Shown here piece by piece: positions 37,116 to 50,007 of a stretch of DNA of 64,000 bases. The DNA is from Eledone cirrhosa (Eukaryota). Location of the stretch: assembly GCA_964016885.1 (NCBI GenBank), contig OZ024740.1, positions 92,194,001-92,258,000 on the forward strand, in the 5' to 3' direction. The notes under the pieces were generated by a model. It was not told where the DNA came from. It saw only the letters and a program-made list of their open reading frames with translations, and made no database searches. How positions within the stretch are numbered: the stretch's first letter is position 1; each line of letters begins with the position of its first letter. A program made the translations under genes and the position numbers.

Positions 37116-40100
37116 GGCGACCTACGTAGTAAATCGTATTATCGTGATCTCCGCAAAGGTTTGTTATTTTGAGTGGTTTAAAATTGCCATTATTGAAAAA
37201 TGTTTATTGTTAACTGTATATAAGTGCACGTACATTTTTTTCTGAAAAGGACACTCAAAAAGATTGGAGCCTTGAGCCCAAAATTTAAACTTTTATAATT
37301 ATCAAAAAAAAATCATGGCCGGCTCACAGCTGAACCCAGTAGCTGAGAGCCTTCCTTACAAACTACCACTTCACACCGACACCACCATGGTAAATATTAC
37401 TTCGTTTGCAAACACTAAACATATAAGCAGTAGCAATATTCTAATTTGTCTCAGGCAGACATTCATTTGCCGCCATTACCAATGACTGCAGCTGTTGAAT
37501 CCGCCACCCCCACCACCACCACAGCGACAACAGAAACAAAAGAAAAAATAAATTATCTCGTGATATCGAAACGAATTCAGCCAAAATGAACTCTTCCACA
37601 CCGAACACCACTGACTCCACCACCACCACAACTGAAACTAAAATTAACAATGACCAAAATAACGATAACAACAACAGCAACAATGAAATTAAGAAAACCA
37701 CAGTGTCTTTTGCCAGAGTAGCACAACAGTGCGAAGCATTTCAGGTAAATCAGGAGGAATTAGAAGAAGCACCAAAAAGTGGTAAATAAAGATGGGTACA
37801 GGGTCAGCCTCACCCTCCCCCCACACACACCTAATAAAATGGAGCATCGGCGCCTATGCAGGGTATCTTATCGGACGATTAATATAAAATCGCGCGAGTG
37901 TACGGGCATCCTAGTCCCAAATCCAACGTGGACAGAAATATGGAACCGTGGACGTGTTCTTTGAAACACCACAGGAAGTCAGAGAACACTCCATGGTCCC
38001 ATTAAGAAGTGACTACTTCACACTCGTCCCAAGCTATTGTGGCCAGATACTCGTGAAGATCAGGGTGACACACGTTCCACCGGCCATCGAAATTCACTGG
38101 CTAATGGCTGCCGTTGTCGCCGGCATCGAAGCCAACTGAAAGATAATCGAAATAGCGAAAGAAAAGCAGGCGAACTGGTCCGGATCTGGGATGGAGCTCC
38201 TCATCCAAGCGGACCAAAAAAGCATTCTGGAGATCCCAGAGGTAATTGACCTCACTGACCGCGGCCACCACGTAATTCGTCGAGGGCAGAAGGCCTAGGT
38301 GTGTCGTTTGTGGTGAAGGAACACACCTAAGGGCTTTCTGCCCCCAGGCTAAAAGGTTGAGGCCACCTCTCTAACCCACCCCAGTGACTCAACCATCAAC
38401 ACCACCAGCAGCAGAAATGGCAGCAACAACTGTAGCAGCAACAACAGAAGCAACTGTAACAGCAACAACCCGTGCAACAGTAGTAAAAACAACACCACCA
38501 CCACCCAACGCGCCAGAACTAGCGCCAGCGCCTACAACATCCGCCACCCCACAACCAAAACCAACGCCTGTGGAGGATTTTCCGCTCCCCAGCCTATCGC
38601 AACTGGAGACAGATTGTGACGACGAGGAGTAGGAAGTGGTATCAGAAAAAAAGAAAAAAAAGAAAAAATAAACCAACTAAGAAAAATTCCCATTCCTTCC
38701 CGCTCCAAAAACAAAATACAGAGAAACGAATAAACTATCAAACAAAAAAGTTGGGACAGCTATTCCACCATCCACACCAGCATCACCAACCGCATCACCA
38801 CAAACACCAACACCATCACCATCACCATCATTAACGCCAACACCACCATCACCAACACCACAAAAGTCACCAAAAAGCGAAACAGAAACAAACCCACAAC
38901 AAACGCAAACAAATCAAAACAACCAAAACGATACACACTACACAGCAATAAATTTGAACAACAACCAATTATTACACTACATCCAACACAACACCAGCAT
39001 CACAGAAAAAGACTACACAACAACCTAAAAAGTTCACACCACCTCCACACATACAAATCACTCGCATCACATAGAAAACGTACACGACACTAAAACAAAA
39101 ATTCCCCAAAGACATCGGAGACTTCCGACAAGCACTCTCCAGGAGGATTTATAAGGACATCCTTCCTGAGGAGGCCACAAGCAGTGAAAAGGATGGAGAA
39201 ACCGTCCTTCCTCTACGAGAAGTAAGGTAAGTCGTCTTTCCCATCTTTTCCACTCCATTTCAACATGACCTCACTCAGAATAGGCAGCATAAATGCGCGT
39301 GGCTTGGGGTCGTCATGGAAGCAGAGTCACCTGCTCACACATCTCAGGTCACTAAACATAGATGTAGTGGCCATCAGCGAGACCAGAATCTCCGAAGCAC
39401 GGGCCTTCGCACCGGCTTCGGCAGCTACGATGTGTACGCATCTCCCAGCCGTCCTAGATTGGGGGTTGGAGTGTCTGTGATTTTTCGTTGAGGTTTGGAT
39501 CTCGCCATATGGGCCATCTTCCTGGACCCAGAGGGCAAGTTGGTGGTGCTGGACGTGACCAGAGGAGACGGGCAAGCTTTCAGACTAGAGGCCGTCTATG
39601 TCCCGACAGGAGCAGGGCGGCCTGGTTTCTTCCGGCGTCTGGATATATTTCTTGGAACGCCCCGCTCTTTAGTGTTAGTGGGCGACTGGAACGGGATCTT
39701 AGATGCACGCTGGGACTGTGTGGGATTAGCGGATAGGGGTGGAGGGTGCAAGAGCCTCACCAACCTGCGCAGGCGTTTTGAACTGTCTGACAGGTACCGA
39801 TTTGATTTCCAGAATGTGCCAATGTGGACTTGGACAAATCGCATAGGGTCATCCAAATCATATCTAGATAGAGTAATTTGTAAGGAAATAGATAGGTCTA
39901 GCATAGGCTGTCCACAATTCAAGATAGTCAGCTACACGGACCACAAATTCGTGATCTGTGTGCTTGACTTACATAGGCTTCATAGACGAGGACCCGGCTA
40001 CTGGAAGCTAAACGCGTCCTAACCAGCGCGCAACTCCTACAGAGACCGGATTAGCGAATTAGTTAAGCGAGCGTTGACGGGGGTCATCATCAAATAAAAG

Positions 40101-42792
40101 TGGTGGTTTGCTCTGAAAAGAGCGAATAGAATAGAGTCCGTTAGGTTTTGTAAGGCGTTAGCAATAGAGGAAAATAGAGTAGCGGGTGAACTAGTTAGAA
40201 AATTAGACGAGGCGCTTAGCAAAGGCATCGCGACCGACGTACTTGCGGCGAAATTGGCCCTTGACCAATACTTCAATGCAAAGCACGAAGGCTGCGTTGT
40301 CAGAGCTAGGGTGCGTGTACTCAGACACGAGTGGACGAAACCCTTTCAATGGACGCGAGTGGCCGAGACGAGTCGTGACAACAAAGACACGATCCGGTCT
40401 TTGGTGGACCACGACGGGAGCATGATAATCGATCCCGGGCAAATGTGTGAAGATTTTCAGCCTCACTTCACACAGCTGTTCGGGGGCAGCCACTGGCCGG
40501 ATCGAGGGATGGATTTTAGTGTATACCTCGACGGATGCCGCGGCTCTCGGCCACTGATGCGGAGTATTGCGAAAAGCCGATAACTTCCGCTGAAGTACGG
40601 GAGGAAATGACTGGCTGCACAAGGTGTAAATCGCCTGGTTTGTATGGTCTGCCCTATAAAATTTACGTACAGATGCCATACTTGTTCGAAGGCCTCTTGG
40701 CGGACGTCTACTGCAACTGGCAACAGAACGGGAGAATTCCCAGCTCTGTGAGCCGAGGAGCTGTGGCGCTGCTGAGAAAGGATTCGAACAAGGGGGATAA
40801 CATAGATAATTTTAGGCCCATAACACTGCTAAACAGAGAGTTCAAGCTTTTCGCCAAGCTGCTAGCAAAGAGGTTGGCGCTTGTCGTTGGTGGTCATGCG
40901 ATACATCGTAGAGAGGGTATCTAGGGAACCTCGCACGGGTGGGTCATTGATCAATTTAGATCAGTCGAAAGCCTTCGATAGGGTCGACCATCGTTACCTA
41001 GCGACAGTCCTGAGGGCGGCTGGCTTTGGGCCCGTCTTCAGATGCTGGATAGCTGCTATGCACAGCGACATCTGCTCTGTAGTGAGAGTGAACGGTCACC
41101 TTTCAGAAAGGTTCAACATCATGCGCTCGGTCCACCAAGGATGTCCCCTCTTATCCCTCTTGTACGTATTGACACTCAAGCCATCACTGCACAAACTGGA
41201 GAGGTTGAGTTGCGTCCCGCACTAACTAGGATGCGGAAGATCCGTGTCAACATATGCAGACGATGTCGCCGTAGTGATGTCGAACGCCAAAATCATCGAG
41301 ACGATCGGCACTACACTAAGAGAATACGAAGGGATGACAGGAGCAATGATCAACCAGTAAAAGTCAGTGAGCCTGCAGCTAGGCACCTGGAGAGGCAGGT
41401 CCATGCTGTCCAACAGCGTCATCGGGCACTGGACGGACGGACCGGTTAAATTGTTAGGTGTCTGGTCTTTCCGGACCTCCAGACGGACAAAAACTGGGAC
41501 GAGGTGACGAGCAGGGTGGCTTCTCTCACTAGAAATGGGCGGAGAGAAAGATATCCCTGAAAGGTCGAATGGAGGTGGCTAACACGTACATCTCGTCCGT
41601 CATCTACTACCGCCTGACTGCGCTGGAGCGTTTGCTTTTCGCTTTTTGTGGAAGGGACGCGCTCCGATGGTCAGGCGGTCCATCTGCTGTCAACCCCCGC
41701 TACGTGGAGGGCTGGGCATGCCGTGGCTGATGATGCGCAGACGCGCGCTCAGTCTACGACATCTCTACCTCATTCTCGACGGTGCTCAGATGTGGTCCCG
41801 TTTGCTAGACGGAGATGCAGTCCTGGGTCAAGCGAAGACAGAGAGGGAGCGCTTGGAGACTGGAATATCTTCAGGCGCTCACAGACCTCGACCAATCGGG
41901 CAATGTCATCGGTAGAAACTCCACCTTGGCGTTCTAAAGAGGTTAGTGGAGGGAAAGAGCGACGACGTACTTTGGGAAACTCTAGGCGTCGACGAAAATC
42001 AACTAGCCAATCTCTTCGGAAGAACTTTTGTGCCGGGGCCTATGGACAAATTACAGAAATCCCTGGCCTGGCAGTGCTACCGAGGAGCTTTGCCAGTTCG
42101 GGATAAACTGTAAAGGCATGGAGGTGCCGTCAGCCGGGCATATCCGAGATGCAGGGCGACGAAACCGTCCTGCACGCACTCGTCCAGTGTCCGAGCATTG
42201 CTTACATGTGGGTTTATGTTGAACACCTGATGTCGCGTGTAGGACAGATCCAGCTATCACCTGACCTGAGTCCATCGTGAGGATTGCCCCGCCCTCTTCC
42301 TTTAGCCGGGAACGGCAGGCAGTATTTATCTGTCTGGTGGCCATGGCGAAAGAGATAGTATGGTGGACATGTTTGAAAGGGCTGGAGACGAGTACTTACC
42401 TCTTCGGTGATGCCTTGATTAACTTTTTCAAATTTCATTTGAAAAGGAAAATCAGGGTAGAGATGGAAGTGCTCTCTTCCCGGCATTTTGTTGAAAGATG
42501 GGTGAGAGAGGCAAGAATGGCCCGAGTGAATGGGCGTACTCTGAGTATGTTTCTGTAAATTAAAGGTGGAAAACTGGGAGAGGGTCACTGTGGCTTTTTA
42601 ATGGGCTTTCTCCACGAATATCCCTCAGAAGTCTCCCCCCTATTGGGGAATTTTTTCATTGTTCTATTATTACATCCTCCGTTTTGGGGTTTTTTTTTTA
42701 CACGCAGGTGTGCCATTTTGTACCGTCCTGTATTGTCCTGTACTGTCCTTAATGTATACTTTGTGTAAACCCTTGTGGTTAATAAAGGAAGC
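37116..42792 (+). mobile_element. Tx1/L1-clade LINE, full-length copy 3 (most decayed)
   Basis: Same 5' and 3' termini as copies 1 and 2; many stops and microhomology deletions. Confidence 0.93.
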
Positions 42793-42822
42793 ATTAGTAT
42801 TATTATTATTAGTAGTAGTAGC

Positions 42823-42853
<31 letters not shown>

Positions 42854-42860
42854 ATAGTAA

Positions 42861-42909
<49 letters not shown>

Positions 42910-42995
42910 CGTTGAAGCAGGAGTAGTAGCAGCAGTAGTATTAGTAGTAGTAATAGTAGCAGTAGCATAAGTAGTAGTGGTTATAGCAGCAGCTG
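42793..42995. repeat. (TTA)n grading into (TAG)n/(CAG)n microsatellite
   Basis: Read directly from the sequence. Confidence 0.95.
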
Positions 42996-43189
42996 TATTA
43001 CTTTCAAATAATAAATAATAATGTACTTAATGCTATATTTATGCATGCTATTTGATATTCAACAGAAAACGTCATTGAATTTATTTCCAATGTGTTAGGT
43101 TTATAGGCATACATATTTATGCTAAAAAATGTGCAGTTATAGAATATTATATGTATTACATGCACTGGAATTTTATATGGTCTGTATTG

Positions 43190-43821
43190 CGTAGAAATAC
43201 CTATGATGGCTAGCAGACCATTGATGACGGACAGTCCTGGCTTCTATTACTAATTCTTCATTTTTATATATATCCTAAATGCAACAACACAGCTCACCAT
43301 TTTTCTTTTATATATGCTTTCCCCTTCGCTGTGAGCTGTCATTTTCTCTTCCCTTACTGCTATCCTCTTTCTCTCTCCGATTCTCTCTCCATATCCCCCT
43401 CAATTTCACTCATCCCCTCTGCTAGTCACCCTCTCTCGGCTAGCCTCACACTTTCACTCACTCACTCTCTTCTACTCACGCTCTCTGTCACTTCCTCCAC
43501 CGTCCTACACCGTACGAGATTCTTTCCTCGCTCACATCCGCACGGCCAAGATGTGTCTTTCGTCTTCTCGTCAATATTCGCACGTTCTTATGTTCAAAAT
43601 GAATTATTGACTTCATTTTTTCATTTTTTTCCTATCTTTACGTTGCCTCACAATTCATGTTTGTTTACTTTTCTCTCTTTCTCCACCCAACTCTTTTTAT
43701 CCCAATGACGTGTTTTAGTTATTGCATCGTCCTAGCCTGAGCTATTAGTCGGTAATGCGAAGAAATACCTATGATGGCTAGTAGACCACTGATGACTGAT
43801 AGTCCTGGCTTCTAATTCTTC

Positions 43822-43825
<4 letters not shown>
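43190..43825. repeat. Direct repeat of about 70 bp (43190-43261 and 43757-43823) around a CT-rich spacer
   Basis: AGAAATACCTATGATGGCTAG.AGACCA.TGATGAC.GA.AGTCCTGGCTTCTA occurs twice. Confidence 0.8.
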
Positions 43826-43892
<67 letters not shown>

Positions 43893-43920
43893 GTATATGT
43901 ATATATATATATACATATAA

Positions 43921-43986
<66 letters not shown>

Positions 43987-43997
43987 TTACATACACA

Positions 43998-44096
<99 letters not shown>

Positions 44097-45012
44097 TTAA
44101 ATAATGAGCTATTAGTTTTGTAGTTTATTCAAGAAAGTTAATTTTACAATAAATTAGAAGCACTCAAGAGTATTTTTTTTTTCGGAGTATCATTAATATC
44201 GATAATATTAATAAATGTAAAATATCTTTATAAACCATATTTATTTTATTATACATATTTCAAGTGTACTAATATTTAAGGACGCTTTCGTGAGATAAAA
44301 TATAATAATTGGATTTAAGATATTGGCATATATTCATGTGAACCTAATGGTATACGTTCAGTGGGGATAGTGAATAGAATTGTTCAAAAATTCAAGGGAA
44401 ATATACTAATGATGATAACGTTAAAACTGATAAGATCCGTTCTGTGTACGTGCTGGATAGATCTTAAATGCTTTTTTTTTTTTTTTTTTAATTGAAAAAT
44501 GTGTTATTAAAATTGAAAAAAAATATTGTAGAGTTATTCTAGAATTATTTATAGAAATATATATATATACAGACAAATATATATACATGGGTTTAGAAAG
44601 AATGATATATTTATACTTATTTATTTATTTAATTTTTTAATATATATTTGAAGTATATGGAAGTATTTATAATATTTAGATGATTATTATAAAGTATTGT
44701 ATTAAATTATGAACTATTAATTTATTAAAGCAATTACAACAATATAATATGTGAAATGTACACTCTATTTAAATATAAATAGTGGATATAATTGTTCGCA
44801 TAGATTTTAAAATTAGGAGTGCAGTTATAAATATAATGTATTGTAGTAGAAGATAGAATTGTATATCGTCAATTAAAAGATAATTATTTAGTACATGAAA
44901 TATTATGCGCCAATATAGTTATTATTTAAGTATATGTAGAGACGTAAGTATATATATAGACATAGAATTGTAAATGAATTATGAAAATATTTTCCATTTG
45001 TTAATATTATAT

Positions 45013-45097
<85 letters not shown>

Positions 45098-45099
45098 TT

Positions 45100-45835
45100 A
45101 GTTATACTATTTATGGTTATGTAAATACAAAACCTTATGCAGTTATAAGTATTTTACACACACCCTAAATAGTGGTAGGCAGTAATGTATTACTACCTTA
45201 TTACCAGTAAGTTAAGTAGCTCAATGTAAAAACATCAGATGATTTACAGAGCAGTTATATGAAATATAAGAATCAAAGAACTGTTCAACACATTATTGTG
45301 CTTACAGCTGTTTCCTCCAAACCGAGGTTTGGATTCTTCGGAGCAATTTATTAATGCATGGACAGTTATATGACCTCGTTTTCAGCCGAGAGACATACCG
45401 ATACATTTTCAAACATTGATACATATTCAAACATTGTGGGTCAACATTCATTACAGAATTTAGAGTGGCAGTACACACTTCGAGATTACATTTATATTAA
45501 GAGGTACAATCAAAAATCAAAAATACAGGTTAAAATACAACATGAAGATAAGCGGTTATATAGTGCAAATGTTATATGTGTGGCACGCATGTGCGTCTTG
45601 TTTATATAGTGTGGCAGAGAGATATGTGTGGTAGAGGCACTTAGGTAGGTAAACAAGAGTGTTAGGTTGGTAGATCTGGTGGCAAATTCTTTATATGATT
45701 GATATAGTCTGTGTGTGGTGAAATGTTATAAGCATTAAAAATAGTGCAAGCATTAAAAGTGTTAAAAGTATTGGAGATGCACAGCGAAGGGATGTCAAGT
45801 ATTTCATGTACTTCGACATTTTCATGGTCAGGGGA
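45100..45835 (-). mobile_element. PLE family Y 3' end and pseudo-LTR
   Basis: Homologous to 3850-4348; contains the HHR at 45299-45345. Confidence 0.7.
45299..45345 (-). ncRNA. Minimal type-I hammerhead ribozyme (CCGAAGA core variant)
   Basis: TGCT-CCGAAGA-A-TCCAAACC-TC-GGTTTGGA-G-GAAAC-AGCT-GTA-AGCA; palindromic stem III loop typical of PLE HHRs. Confidence 0.75.
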
Positions 45836-47498
45836 GTGTTCATTTATCCGTTCCCCTACACTACGAGCTGTCTCAGCTATGTACACTATATGTTTGTCTC
45901 TACATTGTCCTTCAGTACATCTTATGCAATATACTACATTTCTAGTTTTACAGTTAATATGGGGGCTTAATTTACAGGTTATACATTTCTTATCTATACA
46001 GGGGAGTCTTTGAAAAGGGTATGTGTTGCTAATAAGTGTTTTTACGGAGGTACCTGGTCTTTCTACTATCTTCATATTGAGTATATGTTTATCTAGGGCC
46101 CTTATAAATGTGTAAGCTAATTCACCTCTAGGGCTTGTATCGATGAACATTACACTCTGGTATTTATTGCTATCATACCATGAGTTTATTCTATTAGCCT
46201 TATTCCCAGTTCTTTCTATTATATTCCAAAATTTGCTCCTGTACAAGGGGTAGGTCCCATTTGTGTCATTATTTACCATTTTTTCCAATTTGGTTCTGGC
46301 TTCTCTATACACTCTGATTTTATCTCTCTGATTGTAACCAGAGAACTAACTACGGTGGATGAAGTGTTGTATGTGTCTCTCTAGTTCTTCGGGGTTGCAT
46401 ATGCGGGACACGTTTCTCATCACCCGGACCAAATCCGCAATCAGTATGTTGATTTTAGTATGGTCCGAAACAGCTGAGTTTCGGTGTATCAGATATTTGG
46501 AAGTCATGGGTTTGGTATAAAGGGAATGGAGGATTTGTTTTTTGTTATTAATGGTATCTAACCAGACCTCTATGTCTAGTACAGGTAATCGATGGTTGGG
46601 GTGTTTACTTGGGTAGTCTATAGTAACTCTAATACACTGGTGTATGGAGTTAGCTATTTGCTGCATGCTCTCCATTGTGTTTTTCTATAATTCCTGACTG
46701 TTCTCTAGTGGGGGTGTTTTATCTACGATGTTTATATCATCAACGTAGCGGGAGTACATGATCAGGGTTAAGGGGTCTTCTAATTGTTCTTTAAGTTTAA
46801 GTTTAAGTCAACTGTCCCACCATACCATGAATAAGTTAGCTATGTCGCCTGCAATGCTAACACCAATGGCTGCTCCTTCCTCTTGGGCATATGTTTTTCC
46901 ATTAAAGTTGAACATATGTTCCTTAAGGGTTAAGTTTATGCTGACCCCCACCGCATGTGCAATCATTTTCTTTAGTTCATCGTGGTTTTCGCGTGTCCGT
47001 ATGGCTCTGGTCCACCCGTTGCATCTATCTGTGTGGGTTTTCTTGGCCATTCAGGTAATTTTAGGTGGTCTGCCTCTTGCTGGTCTTGTAGGGCACAGGT
47101 TGCTAAGGTCATATGTGTCTAGGTAATTATTACTATAGGTAAGTTTAAGTAGGAGTCCCAGCTCACTGGTATCAATCCCACGGAACTCAACATTGCTCTC
47201 ACTGAAAATTTCTTACGCATTTCTCCACAACACACACACAACACACACACAGAAACCAGATGGCGTAGGACAGAACAAAGGAGAGGCACAAAAACAAAGA
47301 AAATAATCCCCAGTTACTGAAGAGGTCACAGAATGTGTGACGAAAGAACTTTGACAATATATAAACAACCATCTGGTTGTGGAACCAACCAACCAACCGG
47401 AAATTTATAAAATCCTAAATTTATAAACTTATAATAAATTGAAGTGAAAGCAACAGGTGCATGTGTTTCTTATTGGCAACATGACCCTCCCAAAGTAT

Positions 47499-47503
<5 letters not shown>
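45836..47503 (-). mobile_element. PLE family X: RT plus N-half of GIY-YIG, with inverted pseudo-LTR at 47199-47503
   Basis: GAAIGVSIAGDIANLFM, YSRYVDD, LPVLD and NVVY..YIAETAR; homologous to 59680-60550; 47227-47503 matches 60900-61183. Confidence 0.88.
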
Positions 47504-47540
<37 letters not shown>

Positions 47541-47771
47541 CTTGTAGGGATATATACTTTAATATTATTGATCTCCCCCTGGTCGAGATAACATTTGGTC
47601 GTTTTGAGTGCTTCTATTTCTAGTGGTAGTAGATTGACCTCTGCCTTCTATCTTTGCACAGGCCACTGGACAGGATTGTTTCCACATCATTCATTCCCAT
47701 CTCGGGAACAATTTTGAATAGCGCCAGTTCGTAATTTGAACTTGGGAATTTTATATTCTCCGAGTGAAAAG

Positions 47772-47858
47772 ACCCTTCTGACGAGAGTTTTTCTTTTCAA
47801 TCGAGGCCTGTAAGGACTATCCATTTATTTTTGAGACTCGAAACCGTACGGTAAAGGT
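47772..47858 (+). ncRNA. Type-I hammerhead ribozyme with extended stem II loop, in an orphan PLE-like terminal fragment (about 47540-47920)
   Basis: CCTT-CTGACGA-GAGTTTT...GAGACTC-GAAAC-CGTACG-GTA-AAGG. Confidence 0.8.
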
Positions 47859-48155
47859 AACCATAGCAGGTATAGTGAATGTTTTAAAATTTATTTTAAA
47901 ACTTTTTCTTATTTGCTAAACCTTGATTATATATATTATATCAGTTTTTCTTATTTGCTAAATCTTGATTATATATATAATGAGTTTTTTTTTACAAAAA
48001 GAAAAATAACTGAGGTGTCCTACAAGAGTGAAAGTATAAAGAAAAAAAGATGAAATCGAAAATGCAACTGGAGTCTTATTTGGTTCCTTTACAGGTTTCG
48101 CAGGTCTTCTGTTTTTCAAAAGTAGAGTTGAGTTGTAGGGTTGTGGCTTTTCTCA

Positions 48156-48232
<77 letters not shown>

Positions 48233-48233
<1 letters not shown>

Positions 48234-48780
48234 TTATTACGGGTTGAATCGGACGTAATGACAGTAAGTAAGGTACTCAATACATTGCATAGTATAAAAG
48301 TTTTAATATAGAAGAGCTTCTACAGGACTAGAACTGTGTCATTCGTGAGAAATCATCAGGAAGCTGGCTGTCCAAGTAAGTGGTGGTATTTATATAATTT
48401 CTTATCTGGTGGTAGGAGTGGGTGGGGATTGGGATGGTGGATGTCATTGGTTGAAGGATTTAAAGAAAAGGGGATTTCATTAAAAGCTAATTCTTTAACG
48501 TTAGAATATTAAGAAAGGCAGAAAGAATACTGTAAACAAATTCAAATTTAGAATACAAATCCTTGTTTATCACTTAGACTAACAATGCCTGTAAAACAGG
48601 TGTCTACAGGATGGGTGGGGTTCAATGGTTTAAAGAAAAGGGAAATTCTTTAGAAGCTAATTCTTTAAAGCTGAAATAAAGGTGACAAATGCAGAGAGGG
48701 TTCCCTCAACAGGTTCAAGTGTTGGGGTGATTCTACTTATTGTGAAATTTTTCTTAATATATATTCCAGGTGTCGACAAG
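48233..48780 (-). mobile_element. PLE pseudo-LTR related to 54560-55050, with degenerate HHR
   Basis: Shares GGGTTGAATCGGA..AGTAAGTAAGGTACTCAATACA..TACAGGACTAGAACTG..ATCATCAGGAA with 54560-54700. Confidence 0.8.
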
Positions 48781-49335
48781 TACATTCACACACGTGCCCA
48801 CTTACACACGTACACACACTTACATGCACGCACGCACAGGCAGTCACACACACAACATTCACTGTACCCTATATCTAACTGCACGACATCCAAGAGCGAT
48901 ATGATAAAAGGTGGAGTCCATCACACCTACGAATCTCAAGAAAACCGTCATAACATGCATGGCGTTTTGTGTATTCATGAGCGATTGTATTTTAAGTCTT
49001 TATAGTTTTATTATAGGTAGACTGCGATTACCTTCGTAAAACTTGAAAATATAATTTAATCAAAACGTATACATATATTTATAATTACACAAGAAAAGGC
49101 ATTTTGCTGTTATCTGTTTGCATTATCTGTTATTAAGAACATTTGAAATCGTGAAAATGTTGCTGAATGCATTTCAAATAATTTCACATTGATTCGTAGA
49201 AAAAAAGAAATTTTTATTTACTCGTATAATTATAAATGAACCTAACTGAATGTATACTGCAATTTAAAAAGAAAGTTTTTAAATTTACAATTTTCCTTTA
49301 GATAAAATTCACATTCCACCAGTTTATATATATAT

Positions 49336-49410
<75 letters not shown>

Positions 49411-49932
49411 CTGGCCAGTCTCCGCTGATATGCAAATCTGGCTACTCAGTGGATCTGCTAATATGCAGATCTGTCTGATCAGCCAGTCTGCTTACATGCA
49501 AATCAGGCCGATCAGTCACTGTGTATTTTAAAAAATACCATATATTTTCACTAGCTCTGACAGTTTTGCAGGCGATCAGTGAGCTGTACTGATGAAGGGT
49601 GATAACCAGTAATATTAGTGTTTGCAGTTCTGTTCGCATGCCGACACAAGAGCAAGAATGCAGTGTTAATTCTACTGACATGGCTATAAAATAGAGGCTT
49701 GTTTGCATAATTGCAAAAGAATCGAATGTTTTTATTAATATTCGAAAATCTCAGATTACATTTATTTTATTCAGCCATGGAGAGCGAAATTTTATTTTAT
49801 ATATATATATAAGAAAATGTTTAATCCCGACGACAGAGCTCAAACCGCTTCGACGACTATTTCTGGACTCTCTCTATATACATATAACTTCATTATTTAT
49901 ATATATATACACACACACATATACATATATAA

Positions 49933-50000
<68 letters not shown>

Positions 50001-50007
<7 letters not shown>

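Larger units (their letters stand above)
9250..42995. other. (TTA)n microsatellite expanded by a tandem cluster of about 14 target-specific non-LTR retrotransposon insertions
   Basis: Almost every element junction is a (TTA)n tract; the cluster ends in a (TAG)n tract. Confidence 0.92.

Noticed and set aside
9250-42995. CRISPR-like or prokaryotic system reading of the repeat-separated array
   Set aside because: The separators are simple (TTA)n tracts and the units are eukaryotic LINEs; there are no cas-like genes or fixed-length spacers.
44410-44470. Resemblance to U2 snRNA on - (TAAGATC...TCTTATCAGTTT)
   Set aside because: The branch-pairing GTAGTA, stem I and Sm site are missing; a short chance match in AT-rich DNA is likely.
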